Shown here piece after piece: positions 24,488-25,834 of a stretch of DNA of 25,834 bases. The position numbers were made by a program, and so were the translations under genes. The stretch is taken from positions 1 to 25,834 of the forward strand of contig JBAZLI010000003.1 in the NCBI GenBank assembly GCA_041650355.1, given 5' to 3'. The stretch's first letter is position 1, and each line of letters begins with the position of its first letter. Source of the DNA: Candidatus Micrarchaeia archaeon. Its GTDB lineage: Archaea > Micrarchaeota > Micrarchaeia > Anstonellales > Bilamarchaeaceae. The notes beneath the pieces are model-generated. The model searched no databases. It had not been told where the DNA came from and worked only from the letters and a program-made list of their open reading frames with translations.

Positions 24488-24843
24488 GGCGGAATAAATG
24501 CGCACATAATTTAAAAGCCTAATTCCGCCCGGCCATCGGCTTGCAATAGTCCGCAAATCATCCATCTCCAGGAGTTTTTCCTCGGCGCCTTTATACTCCG
24601 CTTTTCGCCCTGCGCGTGTGTGGGATTTGGTAAATTTTAGGTAATTCTACGTCGTAAAAATGCGTTTTCCCTGATGCAGAACATTTATAAAGTGTAATGG
24701 AAAAAGCTGTTTATCCGCCGGTCTCTGCACATAGAGCTGGCGTGATTTCTGTGGAACGATGCGTTGGACGAATGATTCTGCGCAATTGCCGCGCTTGAAG
24801 CATTGCTTCTGTGCGGCCTGATATTGAAACGATGGTGGTATGA

Positions 24844-25834
24844 ATGGATGGAAACTCAACTTGGAAGTCTGGTTTGACAGCTTTGCTCGTGTTCGCGTTC
24901 TTCGCGGGCGCGCTTTTCGCCGATGCACCCACTGTGGGCACGGTATACGTGAGCGGGTTCAACGCCACCGGACAGGTGGTATTCGCCTCATTTGAACTTG
25001 CCGGAGGCGACCCGAACGTCACTTCCTGTCACTACAATCCAAGAATAGGCATAGCCGGCTGGCACCTGATGAACGAGTACAACAACATCCATCTGCTCTG
25101 CTACGACTCCAATGCCGACCTCCATGAAGCCCCTTCGCTCGATACCATACGCGTCCAGGCCACCAACGCGAACGGCACCGGCGAATCGCCAGCCAACGTA
25201 ACTCTTGATATATCGCCTCCAAGCACCTGCGACGTTTCAGCCATAGACGAGCTTTCAGCTTATGCTTATGTCACCGGCACTACGATATACTATAATAACA
25301 TATCAGCCGGCGATTTCAACGTAACCGTTGATGCTGCCGACGACGACTCAGGAATCTACTACGTAAGCTTCCCGGGCACGGTTTCCAACGGAGACTACGC
25401 ATACAGCGTCCCCTACCTGCTTAACTATAACTGGACCACATCCAGCACCGCGACCTTCAATCCGGCAACAGCGACCTGCTACGACAACATGAGAGTGAAC
25501 AACGACACCACCACGTTCAGCGTGATTCTGGACAACACCGCGCCGGTTATTGGAACGGTTTCCATAGTTCCATCCTACTTCAACGGGAGCATGCGTTATG
25601 TTTCAATACTCTCCAACATATCCGCTACAGCCAGCGACAGCGGCTCAGGAATCAATGAATCCACCTGCGAATACTACACTGATGGAAGCACCTGGACTGC
25701 GGCAGACGGCTACACCGGCGGCGAGTGCTATGAAACTGACGCTGACACGTCCGCGGCAAGCGAGATAAACATGCGCGTATGGGACAACGTCAACAACTCG
25801 GACGCAGACAACGGAACCCCGCCCCCCGTTGACG
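24844..25834 (+). CDS. secreted/surface glycoprotein, 5' partial; the gene continues beyond the window end
   Basis: The ORF runs open to the window end. It starts MDGNSTWKSGLTALLVFAFFAGALFADAPT, a signal peptide. It has more than ten N-x-S/T sequons in 330 aa and is Thr/Ser/Asn/Tyr-rich. This composition is typical of archaeal S-layer or surface adhesin proteins. Confidence 0.55.
   Translation, partial: MDGNSTWKSGLTALLVFAFFAGALFADAPTVGTVYVSGFNATGQVVFASFELAGGDPNVTSCHYNPRIGIAGWHLMNEYNNIHLLCYDSNADLHEAPSLDTIRVQATNANGTGESPANVTLDISPPSTCDVSAIDELSAYAYVTGTTIYYNNISAGDFNVTVDAADDDSGIYYVSFPGTVSNGDYAYSVPYLLNYNWTTSSTATFNPATATCYDNMRVNNDTTTFSVILDNTAPVIGTVSIVPSYFNGSMRYVSILSNISATASDSGSGINESTCEYYTDGSTWTAADGYTGGECYETDADTSAASEINMRVWDNVNNSDADNGTPPPVD

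Noticed and set aside
1-25834. CRISPR arrays, rRNA genes, transposases, integrases
   Set aside because: None was found. There are no short direct repeats with regular spacing. No 16S/23S/5S conserved blocks were recognised. No DDE or tyrosine-recombinase motifs appear in any frame.

Overview
This is a gene-dense archaeal chromosomal segment. The evidence for archaeal origin: GatD/GatE amidotransferase, archaeal-type Pth2, proteasome alpha subunit, SecD/SecF, TATA/BRE-like AT-rich promoters about 25 nt upstream of starts, and oligo-T terminators.

Left end (1-5250): a surface-glycan biosynthesis locus built as two divergent operons.
- Minus strand: an HddC-like nucleotidyltransferase, glucose-1-P cytidylyltransferase RfbF, and the N-terminus of a CDP-glucose 4,6-dehydratase.
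- Plus strand: GHMP heptose kinase HddA, phosphoheptose isomerase GmhA, and heptose bisphosphate phosphatase GmhB. Together with HddC these form a complete GDP-D-glycero-alpha-D-manno-heptose pathway.
- A convergent Wzx-type (MOP) flippase follows.

Middle: housekeeping genes, namely gatE, purB, gatD, a stand-alone NurA-like nuclease, pth2, dcd, a DedA/VTT-like membrane protein, and a HAD hydrolase.

Low-GC island (about 13.1-14.46 kb): it carries only an unrecognisable ORF. It abuts the 3' side of a tRNA-Gln(CUG) gene that appears to carry a roughly 85-nt intron at a non-canonical T-loop position.

Then: a stomatin/SPFH gene; tRNA-Ala(CGC) with the G3:U70 identity pair; a family of pyrimidine/purine inverted-repeat elements with three perfect hairpins; mscL; secF-secD; a vapBC toxin-antitoxin pair; a conserved hypothetical; pyrH; a translin-like protein; a lipobox MBL-fold (ComEC-like) protein dense in N-glycosylation sequons; psmA; a small membrane protein; a protein with Lys/Arg-rich tails; and the 5' part of a sequon-rich secreted glycoprotein.

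No CRISPR array, rRNA, transposase or integrase was seen.
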